Under the pieces are notes generated by a model. It saw nothing but the letters and a program-made list of their open reading frames with translations, was not told the origin of the DNA and ran no database searches. Shown here piece by piece: positions 26,452 through 40,572 of a stretch of 64,000 bases of DNA. Within the stretch, counting starts at the first letter, position 1; each line of letters begins with the position of its first letter. The stretch is from the NCBI RefSeq assembly GCF_009914755.1, contig NC_060933.1; one strand, given 5' to 3'. The DNA comes from the human T2T-CHM13v2.0 reference genome, Homo sapiens. The position numbers and the translations under genes were made by a program.

Positions 26452-28324
26452 GTGGATATTTTGATACCTTTGAGGATTTCGTTGGACACGGGATATCTTC
26501 ATATAAAATCTAGACAGAAGCATTCTCAGAAACTTCTTTGTGCTGTATGTCCTCAATTAACAGAGTTGAACCATTGTGTGGATACAGCATTTTGGAAACA
26601 TTCCTTTAGTAGAATCTGCAAGTTGATATTTAGATAGCTAGGAAGATTTCCTTTGGAAACGGGAATATCTTCATATAAAATCTAGACGGAAGCATTCTCA
26701 GAAAGTGCTTTGTGATGTTTGCATTCAAGTCACAGAGTTGAATATTCCCTTTTATAGAGCAGGTTTGAAACACTCTTTCTGCACTACCTGGAAGTGGACA
26801 TTTGGAGCGCTTTGAGGCCTATGTTGAAAAAGGAAATATCTTCCCATAAAAACTAGACAGAAGCATTCTCAGAAACTTGTTTGTGATGTGTGTATTCAAC
26901 TAACAGAGATGAACCTTTCTTTTTACAGAGCAGTTTTGAAACACTCTTTTTGTGGAATCTGAAAGTGGATATTTGGATAGCTTTGAGGATTTCGTTGGAA
27001 ACGGGATTACATATAAAATCTAGAGAGAAGCATTCTCAGGAACTCCTTTGTGATGTTTGCCTTCAAGTCACAGGACTGAACATTCCCTTTCATAGAGCAG
27101 GTTTGAAACACTCTTTCTGTAGTATCTGCAAGCTGACGTTTCAAGCGCTTTCAGGCCTATGGTGAGAAAGGAAATATCTTCAAGTAAAAACTAGACAGAA
27201 GCATTCTCAGAAACTTATTTGCGATGTGTGTTCTCAACTAACAGAGTTGAACCTTTGTTTTGATATGGCATTTTGGAAACACTCTTTTTGTAGAATCTGC
27301 AGGTGGATATTCGGATAGCTTTGAAGGTTTCGTTGGAAACGGGAATATCTTCATATAAAATCTAGACGGAAGCATTCTCAGAAACTGCTTTGTGATGTTT
27401 TCATTCAAGTCACAGAGTAGAATGTTCCCTGTTATATACCAGGTTTGAGACACTCTTTCTGCACTACCTGGAAGTGGACATTTGCAGCGCTTTGAGGCCT
27501 ATGATGAAAAAGGAAATATCTTCCCATAAAAACTAGACAGAAGCATTGTCAGAAACTTGTTTGTGATGTGTGTATTCAACTAACAGAGATGAACCTTTCT
27601 TTTTACAGAGCAGTTTTGAAACACTCTTTTTGTGGAATCTGAAAGTGGATATTTGGATAGCTTTGAGGATTTCGTTGGAAACGGGATTACATATAAAATC
27701 TAGAGAGAAGCATTCTCAGGAACTTCTTTGTGATGTTTGCATTCACGTCACAGAACTGAACATTCCCTTTCATAGAGCATGTTTGAAACACTCTTTCTGT
27801 AGTATCTGCAAACGGACATTTCAAACGCTTTCAGGCCTATGGTGAGAAAGGAAATATCTTCAAATAAAAACTAGACAGAAGCATTCTCAGAAACTTATTT
27901 GCGATGTGTGTCCTCAACTAACAGAGTTGAACCTTTCTTTTGATACAACATTTTGGAAACACTCTTTTTGTAGAATCTGCAAGTGGATATTTGAATAGCT
28001 TTGAAGGTTTCGTTGGAAACGGGAATATCTTCATATAAAATCAAGACAGAAGCATTCTCAGAAACTTCTCTGTGATGTTTGCATTCAACTCATAGAGTTG
28101 AACACTTCCCTTCATACAGCAGGTTTGAAACACTCTTTTTCTAATATTTGGAAGTGGACATTTGCAGCGCTTTGAGGCCTATGTTGAAAAAGGAAATATC
28201 TTCTCCTAAAAACCAGACAGAAGCATTCTCAGAAACTTCCTTGTGATGTGTGTACTCAAGTAACAGAGTTGAACCTTCCTTTTGACAGAGCAGTTTTGAA
28301 GCACTCTTTTTGTAGAATCTGCAA
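26452..28324 (+). repeat. 11-mer HOR variant (1873 bp, includes a 1-bp insertion)
   Basis: Anchor spacing 1873, with the same extra T at 26652-26654. Confidence 0.93.
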
Positions 28325-30876
28325 GTGGATATTTTGATACCTTTGAGGATTTCGTTGGACACGGGATATCTTCATATAAAATCTAGACAGAAGCATTCTC
28401 AGAAACTTCTTTGTGCTGTATGTCCTCAATTAACAGAGTTGAACCTTTGTGTGGATACAGCATTTTGGAAACATTCCTTTAGTAGAATCTGCAAGTTGAT
28501 ATTTAGATAGCTAGGAAGATTTCCTTGGAAACGGGAATATCTTCATATAAAATCTAGACGGAAGCATTCTCAGAAAGTGCTTTGTGATGTTTGCATTCAA
28601 GTCACAGAGTTGAATATTCCCTTTTATAGAGCAGGTTTGAAACACTCTTTCTGCACTACCTGGAAGTGGACATTTGGAGCGCTTTGAGGCCTATGTTGAA
28701 AAAGGAAATATCTTCCCATAAAAACTAGACAGAAGCATTCTCAGAAACTTGTTTGTGATGTGTGTATTCAACTAACAGAGATGAACCTTTCTTTTTACAG
28801 AGCAGTTTTGAAACACTCTTTTTGTGGAATCTGAAAGTGGATATTTGGATAGCTTTGAGGATTTCGTTGGAAACGGGATTACATATAAAACCTAGAGAGA
28901 AGCATTCTCAGGAACTTCTTTGTGATGTTTGCATTCAAGTCACAGAACTGAACATTCCCTTTCATAGAGCAGGTTTGAAACACTCTTTCTGTAGTATCTG
29001 CAAGCTGACGTTTCAAGCGCTTTCAGGCCTATGGTGAGAAAGGAAATATCTTGAAGTAAAAACTAGACAGAAGCATTCTCAGAAACTTATTTGCCATGTG
29101 TGTTCTCAACTAACAGAGTTGAACCTTTGTGTGGATACGGCATTTTGGAAACACTCTTTTTGTAGAATCTGCAGGTGGATATTCGGATAGCTTTGAAGGT
29201 TTCGTTGGAAACGGGAATATCTTCATATAAAATCTAGACGGAAGCATTCTCAGAAACTGCTTTGTGATGTTTTCATTCAAGTCACAGAGTAGAATGTTCC
29301 CTGTTATATACCAGGTTTGAGACACTCTTTCTGCACTACCTGGAAGTGGACGTTTGGAGCGCTTTGAGGCCTATGTTGAAAAAGGAAATATCTTCCCATA
29401 AAAACTAGACAGAAGCATTCTCAGAAACTTGTTTGTGATGTGTGTATTCAACTAACAGAGATGAACCTTTCTTTTTACAGAGCAGTTTTGAAACACTCTT
29501 TTTGTGGAATCTGAAAGTGGATATTTGGATAGCTTTGAGGATTTCGTTGGAAACGGGATTACATATAAAACATAGAGAGAAGCATTCTCAGGAACTGCTT
29601 TGTGATGTTTGCATTCAAGTCACAGAACTGAACATTCCCTTTCATAGAGCAGGTTTGAAACACTCTTTCTGTAGTATCTGCAAGCTGACGTTTCAAGCGC
29701 TTTCAGGCCTATGGTGAGAAAGGAAATATCTTCAAGTAAAAACTAGACAGAAGCATTCTCAGAAACTTATTTGCGATGTGTGTTCTCAACTAACAGAGTT
29801 GAACCTTTGTTTTGATATGGCATTTTGGAAACACTCTTTTTGTAGAATCTGCAGGTGGATATTCGGATAGCTTTGAAGGTTTCGTTGGAAACGGGAATAT
29901 CTTCATATAAAATCTAGACGGAAGCATTCTCAGAAACTGCTTTGTGATGTTTTCATTCAAGTCACAGAGTAGAATGTTCCCTGTTATATACCAGGTTTGA
30001 GACACTCTTTCTGCACTACCTGGAAGTGGACATTTGCAGCGCTTTGAGGCCTATGATGAAAAAGGAAATATCTTCCCATAAAAACTAGACAGAAGCATTC
30101 TCAGAAACTTGTTTGTGATGTGTGTATTTAACTAACAGAGATGAACCTTTCTTTCTACAGAGCAGTTTTGAAACACTCTTTTTGTGGAATCTGAAAGTGG
30201 ATATTTGGATAGCTTTGAGGATTTCGTTGGAAACGGGATTACATATAAAATCTAGAGAGAAGCATTCTCAGGAACTTCTTTGTGATGTTTGCATTCACGT
30301 CACAGAACTGAACATTCCCTTTCATAGAGCATGTTTGAAACACTCTTTCTGTAGTATCTGCAAACGGACATTTCAAACGCTTTCAGGCCTATGGTGAGAA
30401 AGGAAATATCTTCAAATAAAAACTAGACAGAAGCATTCTCAGAAACTTATTTGCGATGTGTGTCCTCAACTAACAGAGTTGAACCTTTCTTTTGATATAA
30501 CATTTTGGAAACACTCTTTTTGTAGAATCTGCAAGTGGATATTTGAATAGCTTTGAAGGTTTCGTTGGAAACGGGAATATCTTCATATAAAATCAAGACA
30601 GAAGCATTCTCAGAAACTTCTCTGTGATGTTTGCATTCAACTCATAGAGTTGAACACTTCCCTTCATACAGCAGGTTTGAAACACTCTTTTTCTAATATT
30701 TGGAAGTGGACATTTGCAGCGCTTTGAGGCCTATGTTGAAAAAGGAAATATCTTCTCCTAAAAACCAGACAGAAGCATTCTCAGAAACTTCCTTGTGATG
30801 TGTGTACTCAAGTAACAGAGTTGAACCTTCCTTTTGACAGAGCAGTTTTGAAGCACTCTTTTTGTAGAATCTGCAA
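28325..30876 (+). repeat. 15-mer HOR unit (2552 bp)
   Basis: Anchor spacing 2552. Confidence 0.93.
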
Positions 30877-33800
30877 GTGGATATTTTGATACCTTTGAGG
30901 ATTTCGTTGGACACGGGATATCTTCATATAAAATCTAGACAGAAGCATTCTCAGAAACTTCTTTGTGCTGTATGTCCTCAATTAACAGAGTTGAACCTTT
31001 GTGTGGATACAGCATTTTGGAAACATTCCTTTAGTAGAATCTGCAAGTTGATATTTAGATAGCTAGGAAGATTTCCTTGGAAACGGGAATATCTTCATAT
31101 AAAATCTAGACGGAAGCATTCTCAGAAAGTGCTTTGTGATGTTTGCATTCAAGTCACAGAGTTGAATATTCCCTTTTATAGAGCAGGTTTGAAACACTCT
31201 TTCTGCACTACCTGGAAGTGGACATTTGGAGCGCTTTGAGGCCTATGTTGAAAAAGGAAATATCTTCCCATAAAAACTAGACAGAAGCATTCTCAGAAAC
31301 TTGTTTGTGATGTGTGTATTCAACTAACAGAGATGAACCTTTCTTTTTACAGAGCAGTTTTGAAACACTCTTTTTGTGGAATCTGAAAGTGGATATTTGG
31401 ATAGCTTTGAGGATTTCGTTGGAAACGGGATTACATATAAAACCTAGAGAGAAGCATTCTCAGGAACTTCTTTGTGATGTTTGCATTCAAGTCACAGAAC
31501 TGAACATTCCCTTTCATAGAGCAGGTTTGAAACACTCTTTCTGTAGTATCTGCAAGCTGACGTTTCAAGCGCTTTCAGGCCTATGGTGAGAAAGGAAATA
31601 TCTTGAAGTAAAAACTAGACAGAAGCATTCTCAGAAACTTATTTGCCATGTGTGTTCTCAACTAACAGAGTTGAACCTTTGTGTGGATACGGCATTTTGG
31701 AAACACTCTTTTTGTAGAATCTGCAGGTGGATATTCGGATAGCTTTGAAGGTTTCGTTGGAAACGGGAATATCTTCATATAAAATCTAGACGGAAGCATT
31801 CTCAGAAACTGCTTTGTGATGTTTTCATTCAAGTCACAGAGTAGAATGTTCCCTGTTATATACCAGGTTTGAGACACTCTTTCTGCACTACCTGGAAGTG
31901 GACGTTTGGAGCGCTTTGAGGCCTATGTTGAAAAAGGAAATATCTTCCCATAAAAACTAGACAGAAGCATTCTCAGAAACTTGTTTGTGATGTGTGTATT
32001 CAACTAACAGAGATGAACCTTTCTTTTTACAGAGCAGTTTTGAAACACTCTTTTTGTGGAATCTGAAAGTGGATATTTGGATAGCTTTGAGGATTTCGTT
32101 GGAAACGGGATTACATATAAAACATAGAGAGAAGCATTCTCAGGAACTGCTTTGTGATGTTTGCATTCAAGTCACAGAACTGAACATTCCCTTTCATAGA
32201 GCAGGTTTGAAACACTCTTTCTGTAGTATCTGCAAGCTGACGTTTCAAGCGCTTTCAGGCCTATGGTGAGAAAGGAAATATCTTCAAGTAAAAACTAGAC
32301 AGAAGCATTCTCAGAAACTTATTTGCGATGTGTGTTCTCAACTAACAGAGTTGAACCTTTGTTTTGATATGGCATTTTGGAAACACTCTTTTTGTAGAAT
32401 CTGCAGGTGGATATTCGGATAGCTTTGAAGGTTTCGTTGGAAACGGGAATATCTTCATATAAAATCTAGACGGAAGCATTCTCAGAAACTGCTTTGTGAT
32501 GTTTTCATTCAAGTCACAGAGTAGAATGTTCCCTGTTATATACCAGGTTTGAGACACTCTTTCTGCACTACCTGGAAGTGGACATTTGCAGCGCTTTGAG
32601 GCCTATGATGAAAAAGGAAATATCTTCCCATAAAAACTAGACAGAAGCATTCTCAGAAACTTGTTTGTGATGTGTGTATTTAACTAACAGAGATGAACCT
32701 TTCTTTCTACAGAGCAGTTTTGAAACACTCTTTTTGTGGAATCTGAAAGTGGATATTTGGATAGCTTTGAGGATTTCGTTGGAAACGGGATTACATATAA
32801 AATCTAGAGAGAAGCATTCTCAGGAACTTCTTTGTGATGTTTGCATTCACGTCACAGAACTGAACATTCCCTTTCATAGAGCATGTTTGAAACACTCTTT
32901 CTGTAGTATCTGCAAACGGACATTTCAAACGCTTTCAGGCCTATGGTGAGAAAGGAAATATCTTCAAATAAAAACTAGACAGAAGCATTCTCAGAAACTT
33001 ATTTGCGATGTGTGTCCTCAACTAACAGAGTTGAACCTTTCTTTTGATATAACATTTTGGAAACACTCTTTTTGTAGAATCTGCAAGTGGATATTTGAAT
33101 AGCTTTGAAGGTTTCGTTGGAAACGGGAATATCTTCTTATAAAATCAAGACAGAAGCATTCTCAGAAACTTCTCTGTGATGTTTGCATTCAACTCATAGA
33201 GTTGAACACTTCCCTTCATACAGCAGGTTTGAAACACTCTTTTTGTAATATTTGGAAGTGGACATTTGCAGCGCTTTGAGGCCTATGATGAAAAAGGTAA
33301 TATCTTCCCATAAAAACTAGACAGAAGCATTCTCAGAAACTTGTTTGAGATGTGTGTATTCAACTAACAGAGATGAACCTTTCTTTTTACAGAGCAGTTT
33401 TGAAACACTCTTTTTGTGGAATCTGAAAGTGGATATTTGGATAGCTTTGCGGATTTCGTTGGAAACGTGATTACATATAAAATCTAGGGAGAAGCATTCT
33501 CAGGAACTTCTTTGTGATGTTTGCATTCAAGTCACAGAACTGAACATTCCCTTTCATAGATCAGGTTTGAAACACTCTTTCTGTAGTATCTGCAAGCGGA
33601 CGTTTTAAGCGCTTTCAGGCCTGTGGTGAGAAAGGAAATATCTTCAAATAAAAACTAGACAGAAGCATTCTCAGAAACTTATTTGCGATGTGTGTCCTCA
33701 ACTAACAGAGTTGAACCTTTCTTTTGATACAACATTTTGGAAACACTCTTTTTGTAGAATCTGCAAGTGGATATTTGGATAGCTTTGAAGGTTTCGTTGG

Positions 33801-34108
33801 AAACGGGAATATCTTCATATGAAATCAAGACAGAAGCATTCTCAGAAACTTCTCTGTGATGTTTGCATTCAACTCATAGAGTTGAACACTTCCCTTCATA
33901 CAGCAGGTTTGAAACACTCTTTTTCTAATATTTGGAAGTGGACATTTGCAGCGCTTTGAGGCCTATGTTGAAAAAGGAAATATCTTCTCCTAAAAACCAG
34001 ACAGAAGCATTCTCAGAAACTTCCTTGTGATGTGTGTACTCAAGTAACAGAGTTGAACCTTCCTTTTGACAGAGCAGTTTTGAAGCACTCTTTTTGTAGA
34101 ATCTGCAA
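30877..34108 (+). repeat. 19-mer HOR unit (3232 bp), full-length form with four distinct tetramers
   Basis: Anchor spacing 3232 = 512 + 4x680. Tetramers A (GACGTTTGGAG), B (GATATGGC, CATTTGCAG), C (CACGTC, GCATGTTT) and D (TTTGCGG, TAGGGAG, GCGGACGTTTTAAG) are each present once. Confidence 0.93.
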
Positions 34109-37100
34109 GTGGATATTTTGATACCTTTGAGGATTTCGTTGGACACGGGATATCTTCATATAAAATCTAGACAGAAGCATTCTCAGAAACTTCTTTGTGC
34201 TGTATGTCCGCAATTAACAGAGTTGAACCTTTGTGTGGATACAGCATTTTGGAAACATTCCTTTAGTAGAATCTGCAAGTTGATATTTAGATAGCTAGGA
34301 AGATTTCCTTGGAAACGGGAATATCTTCATATAAAATCTAGACAGAAGCATTCTCAGAAAGTGCTTTGTGATGTTTGCATTCAAGTCACAGAGTTGAATA
34401 TTCCGTTTTATAGAGCAGGTTTGAAACACTCTTTCTGCACTACCTGGAAGTGGACATTTGGAGCGCTTTGAGGCCTATGTTGAAAAAGGAAATATCTTCC
34501 CATAAAAACTAGACAGAAGCATTCTCAGAAACTTGTTTGTGATGTGTGTATTCAACTAACAGAGATGAACCTCTCTTTTTACAGAGCAGTTTTGAAACAC
34601 TCTTTTTGTGGAATCTGAAAGTGGATATTTGGATAGCTTTGAGGATTTCGTTGGAAACGGGATTACATATAAAACCTAGAGAGAAGCATTCTCAGGAACT
34701 TCTTTGTGATGTTTGCCTTCAAGTCACAGGACTGAACATTCCCTTTCATAGAGCAGGTTTGAAACACTCTTTCTGTAGTATCTGCAAGCTGACGTTTCAA
34801 GCGCTTTCAGGCCTATGGTGAGAAAGGAAATATCTTCAAGTAAAAACTAGACAGAAGCATTCTCAGAAACTTATTTGCCATGTGTGTTCTCAACTAACAG
34901 AGTTGAACCTTTGTTTTGATACGGCATTTTGGAAACACTCTTTTTGTAGAATCTGCAGGTGGATATTCGGATAGCTTTGAAGGTTTCGTTGGAAACGGGA
35001 ATATCTTCATATAAAATCTAGACGGAAGCATTCTCAGAAACTGCTTTGTGATGTTTTCATTCAAGTCACAGAGTAGAATCTTCCCTGTTATATACCAGGT
35101 TTGAGACACTCTTTCTGCACTACCTGGAAGTGGACGTTTGGAGCGCTTTGAGGCCTATGTTGAAAAAGGAAATATCTTCCCATAAAAACTAGACAGAAGC
35201 ATTCTCAGAAACTTGTTTGTGATGTGTGTATTCAACTAACAGAGATGAACCTTTCTTTTTACAGAGCAGTTTTGAAACACTCTTTTTGTGGAATCTGAAA
35301 GTGGATATTTGGATAGATTTGAGGATTTCGTTGGAAACGGGATTACATATAAAACCTAGAGAGAAGCATTCTCAGGAACTGCTTTGTGATGTTTGCATTC
35401 AAGTCACAGAACTGAACATTCCCTTTCATAGAGCAGGTTTGAAACACTCTTTCTGTAGTATCTGCAAGCTGACGTTTCAAGCGCTTTCAGGCCTATGGTG
35501 AGAAAGGAAATATCTTCAAGTAAAAACTAGACAGAAGCATTCTCAGAAACTTATTTGCGATGTGTGTTCTCAACTAACAGAGTTGAACCTTTGTTTTGAT
35601 ATGGCATTTTGGAAACACTCTTTTTGTAGAATCTGCAGGTGGATATTCGGATAGCTTTGAAGGTTTCGTTGGAAACGGGAATATCTTCATATAAAATCTA
35701 GACGGAAGCATTCTCAGAAACTGCTTTGTGATGTTTTCATTCAAGTCACAGAGTAGAATGTTCCCTGTTATATACCAGGTTTGAGACACTCTTTCTGCAC
35801 TACCTGGAAGTGGACATTTGCAGCGCTTTGAGGCCTATGATGAAAAAGGAAATATCTTCCCATAAAAACTAGACAGAAGCATTCTCAGAAACTTGTTTGT
35901 GATGTGTGTATTCAACTAACAGAGATGAACCTTTCTTTTTACAGAGCAGTTTTGAAACACTCTTTTTGTGGAATCTGAAAGTGGATATTTGGATAGCTTT
36001 GAGGATTTCGTTGGAAACGGGATTACATATAAAACCTAGAGAGAAGCATTCTCAGGAACTCCTTTGTGATGTTTGCCTTCAAGTCACAGGACTGAACATT
36101 CCCTTTCATAGAGCAGGTTTGAAACACTCTTTCTGTAGTATCTGCAAGCTGACGTTTCAAGCGCTTTCAGGCCTATGGTGATAAAGGAAATATCTTCAAG
36201 TAAAAACTAGACAGAAGCATTCTCAGAAACTTATTTGCCATGTGTGTTCTCAACTAACAGAGTTGAACCTTTGTTTTGATACGGCATTTTGGAAACACTC
36301 TTTTTGTAGAATCTGCAGGTGGATATACGGATAGCTTTGAAGGTTTCGTTGGAAACGGGAATATCTTCATATAAAATCTAGACGGAAGCATTCTCAGAAA
36401 CTGCTTTGTGATGTTTTCATTCAAGTCACAGAGTAGAATGTTCGCTGTTATATACCAGGTTTGAGACACTCTTTCTGCACTACCTGGAAGTGGACGTTTG
36501 GAGCGCTTTGAGCCCTATGTTGAAAAAGGAAATATCTTCCCATAAAAACTAGACAGAAGCATTCTCAGAAACTTGTTTGTGATGTGTGTATTCAACTAAC
36601 AGAGATGAACCTTTCTTTCTACAGAGCAGTTTTGAAACACTCTTTTTGTGGAATCTGAAAGTGGATATTTGGATAGCTTTGAGGATTTCGTTGGAAACGG
36701 GATTACATATAAAATCTAGAGAGAAGCATTCTCAGGAACTTCTTTGTGATGTTTGCATTCAAGTCACAGAACTGAACATTCCCTTTCATAGAGCATGTTT
36801 GAAACACTCTTTCTGTAGTATCTGCAAACGGACATTTCAAACGCTTTCAGGCCTATGGTGAGAAAGGAAATATCTTCAAATAAAAACTAGACAGAAGCAT
36901 TCTCAGAAACTTATTTGCGATGTGTGTCCTCAACTAACAGAGTTGAACCTTTCTTTTGATACAACATTTTGGAAACACTCTTTTTGTAGAATCTGCAAGT
37001 GGATATTTGGATAGCTTTGAAGGTTTCGTTGGAAACGGGAATATCTTCATATAAAATCAAGACAGAAGCATTCTCAGAAACTTCTCTGTGATGTTTGCAT

Positions 37101-38020
37101 TCAACTCATAGAGTTGAACACTTCCCTTCATACAGCAGGTTTGAAACACTCTTTTTGTAATATTTGGAAGTGGACATTTGCAGCGCTTTGAGGCCTATGA
37201 TGAAAAAGGTAATATCTTCCCATAAAAACTAGACAGAAGCATTCTCAGAAACTTGTTTGTGATGTGTGTATTCAACTAACAGAGATGAACCTTTCTTTTT
37301 ACAGAGCAGTTTTGAAACACTCTTTTTGTGGAATCTGAAAGTGGATATTTGGATAGCTTTGCGGATTTCGTTGGAAACGGGATTACATATAAAATCTAGG
37401 GAGAAGCATTCTCAGGAACTTCTTTGTGATGTTTGCATTCAAGTCACAGAACTGAACATTCCCTTTCATAGAGCAGGTTTGAAACACTCTTTCTGTAGTA
37501 TCTGCAAGCGGACGTTTTAAGCGCTTTCAGGCCTGTGGTGAGAAAGGAAATATCTTCAAATAAAAACTAGACAGAAGCATTCTCAGAAACTTATTTGCGA
37601 TGTGTGTCCTCAACTAACAGAGTTGAACCTTTCTTTTGATACAACATTTTGGAAACACTCTTTTTGTAGAATCTGCAAGTGGATATTTGGATAGCTTTGA
37701 AGGTTTCGTTGGAAACGGGAATATCTTCATATAAAATCAAGACAGAAGCATTCTCAGAAACTTCTCTGTGATGTCTGCATTCAACTCATAGAGTTGAACA
37801 CTTCCCTTCATACAGCAGGTTTGAAACACTCTTTTTCTAATATTTGGAAGTGGACATTTGCAGCGCTTTGAGGCCTATGTTGAAAAAGGAAATATCTTCT
37901 CCTAAAAACCAGACAGAAGCATTCTCAGAAACTTCCTTGTGATGTGTGTACTCAAGTAACAGAGTTGAACCTTCCTTTTGACAGAGCAGTTTTGAAGCAC
38001 TCTTTTTGTAGAATCTGCAA
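34109..38020 (+). repeat. 23-mer HOR variant (3912 bp)
   Basis: Anchor spacing 3912. Three A/B-type tetramers followed by C and D. Confidence 0.92.
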
Positions 38021-40572
38021 GTGGATATTTTGATACCTTTGAGGATTTCGTTGGACACGGGATATCTTCATATAAAATCTAGACAGAAGCATTCTCAGAA
38101 ACTTCTTTGTGCTGTATGTCCTCAATTAACAGAGTTGAACCTTTGTGTGGATACAGCATTTTGGAAACATTCCTTTAGTAGAATCTGCAAGTTGATATTT
38201 AGATAGCTAGGAAGATTTCCTTGGAAACGGGAATATCTTCATATAAAATCTAGACGGAAGCATTCTCAGAAAGTGCTTTGTGATGTTTGCATTCAAGTCA
38301 CAGAGTTGAATATTCCCTTTTATAGAGCAGGTTTGAAACACTCTTTCTGCACTACCTGGAAGTGGACATTTGGAGCGCTTTGAGGCCTATGTTGAAAAAG
38401 GAAATATCTTCCCATAAAAACTAGACAGAAGCATTCTCAGAAACTTGTTTGTGATGTGTGTATTCAACTAACAGAGATGAACCTTTCTTTTTACAGAGCA
38501 GTTTTGAAACACTCTTTTTGTGGAATCTGAAAGTGGATATTTGGATAGCTTTGAGGATTTCGTTGGAAACGGGATTACATATAAAACCTAGAGAGAAGCA
38601 TTCTCAGGAACTTCTTTGTGATGTTTGCATTCAAGTCACAGGACTGAACATTCCCTTTCATAGAGCAGGTTTGAAACACTCTTTCTGTAGTATCTGCAAG
38701 CTGACGTTTCAAGCGCTTTCAGGCCTATGGTGAGAAAGGAAATATCTTCAAGTAAAAACTAGACAGAAGCATTCTCAGAAACTTATTTGCCATGTGTGTT
38801 CTCAACTAACAGAGTTGAACCTTTGTTTTGATACGGCATTTTGGAAACACTCTTTTTGTAGAATCTGCAGGTGGATATTCGGATAGCTTTGAAGGTTTCG
38901 TTGGAAACGGGAATATCTTCATATAAAATCTAGACGGAAGCATTCTCAGAAACTGCTTTGTGATGTTTTCATTCAAGTCACAGAGTAGAATGTTCCCTGT
39001 TATATACCAGGTTTGAGACACTCTTTCTGCACTACCTGGAAGTGGACATTTGCAGCGCTTTGAGGCCTATGATGAAAAAGGAAATATCTTCCCATAAAAA
39101 CTAGACAGAAGCATTCTCAGAAACTTGTTTGTGATGTGTGTATTCAACTAACAGAGATGAACCTTTCTTTTTACAGAGCAGTTTTGAAACACTCTTTTTG
39201 TGGAATCTGAAAGTGGATATTTGGATAGCTTTGAGGATTTCGTTGGAAACGGGATTACATATAAAATCTAGAGAGAAGCATTCTCAGGAACTTCTTTGTG
39301 ATGTTTGCATTCACGTCACAGAACTGAACATTCCCTTTCATAGAGCATGTTTGAAACACTCTTTCTGTAGTATCTGCAAACGGACATTTCAAACGCTTTC
39401 AGGCCTATGGTGAGAAAGGAAATATCTTCAAATAAAAACTAGACAGAAGCATTCTCAGAAACTTATTTGCGATGTGTGTCCTCAACTAACAGAGTTGAAC
39501 CTTTCTTTTGATACAACATTTTGGAAACACTCTTTTTGTAGAATCTGCAAGTGGATATTTGAATAGCTTTGAAGGTTTCGTTGGAAACGGGAATATCTTC
39601 ATATAAAATCAAGACAGAAGCATTCTCAGAAACTTCTCTGTGATGTTTGCATTCAACTCATAGAGTTGAACACTTCCCTTCATACAGCAGGTTTGAAACA
39701 CTCTTTTTGTAATATTTGGAAGTGGACATTTGCAGCGCTTTGAGGCCTATGATGAAAAAGGTAATATCTTCCCATAAAAACTAGACAGAAGCATTCTCAG
39801 AAACTTGTTTGTGATGTGTGTATTCAACTAACAGAGATGAACCTTTCTTTTTACAGAGCAGTTTTGAAACACTCTTTTTGTGGAATCTGAAAGTGGATAT
39901 TTGGATAGCTTTGCGGATTTCGTTGGAAACGGGATTACATATAAAATCTAGGGAGAAGCATTCTCAGGAACTTCTTTGTGATGTTTGCATTCAAGTCACA
40001 GAACTGAACATTCCCTTTCATAGAGCAGGTTTGAAACACTCTTTCTGTAGTATCTGCAAGCGGACGTTTTAAGCGCTTTCAGGCCTGTGGTGAGAAAGGA
40101 AATATCTTCAAATAAAAACTAGACAGAAGCATTCTCAGAAACTTATTTGCGATGTGTGTCCTCAACTAACAGAGTTGAACCTTTCTTTTGATACAACATT
40201 TTGGAAACACTCTTTTTGTAGAATCTGCAAGTGGATATTTGGATAGCTTTGAAGGTTTCGTTGGAAACGGGAATATCTTCATATGAAATCAAGACAGAAG
40301 CATTCTCAGAAACTTCTCTGTGATGTTTGCATTCAACTCATAGAGTTGAACACTTCCCTTCATACAGCAGGTTTGAAACACTCTTTTTCTAATATTTGGA
40401 AGTGGACATTTGCAGCGCTTTGAGGCCTATGTTGAAAAAGGAAATATCTTCTCCTAAAAACCAGACAGAAGCATTCTCAGAAACTTCCTTGTGATGTGTG
40501 TACTCAAGTAACAGAGTTGAACCTTCCTTTTGACAGAGCAGTTTTGAAGCACTCTTTTTGTAGAATCTGCAA
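38021..40572 (+). repeat. 15-mer HOR unit (2552 bp)
   Basis: Anchor spacing 2552. Confidence 0.93.
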
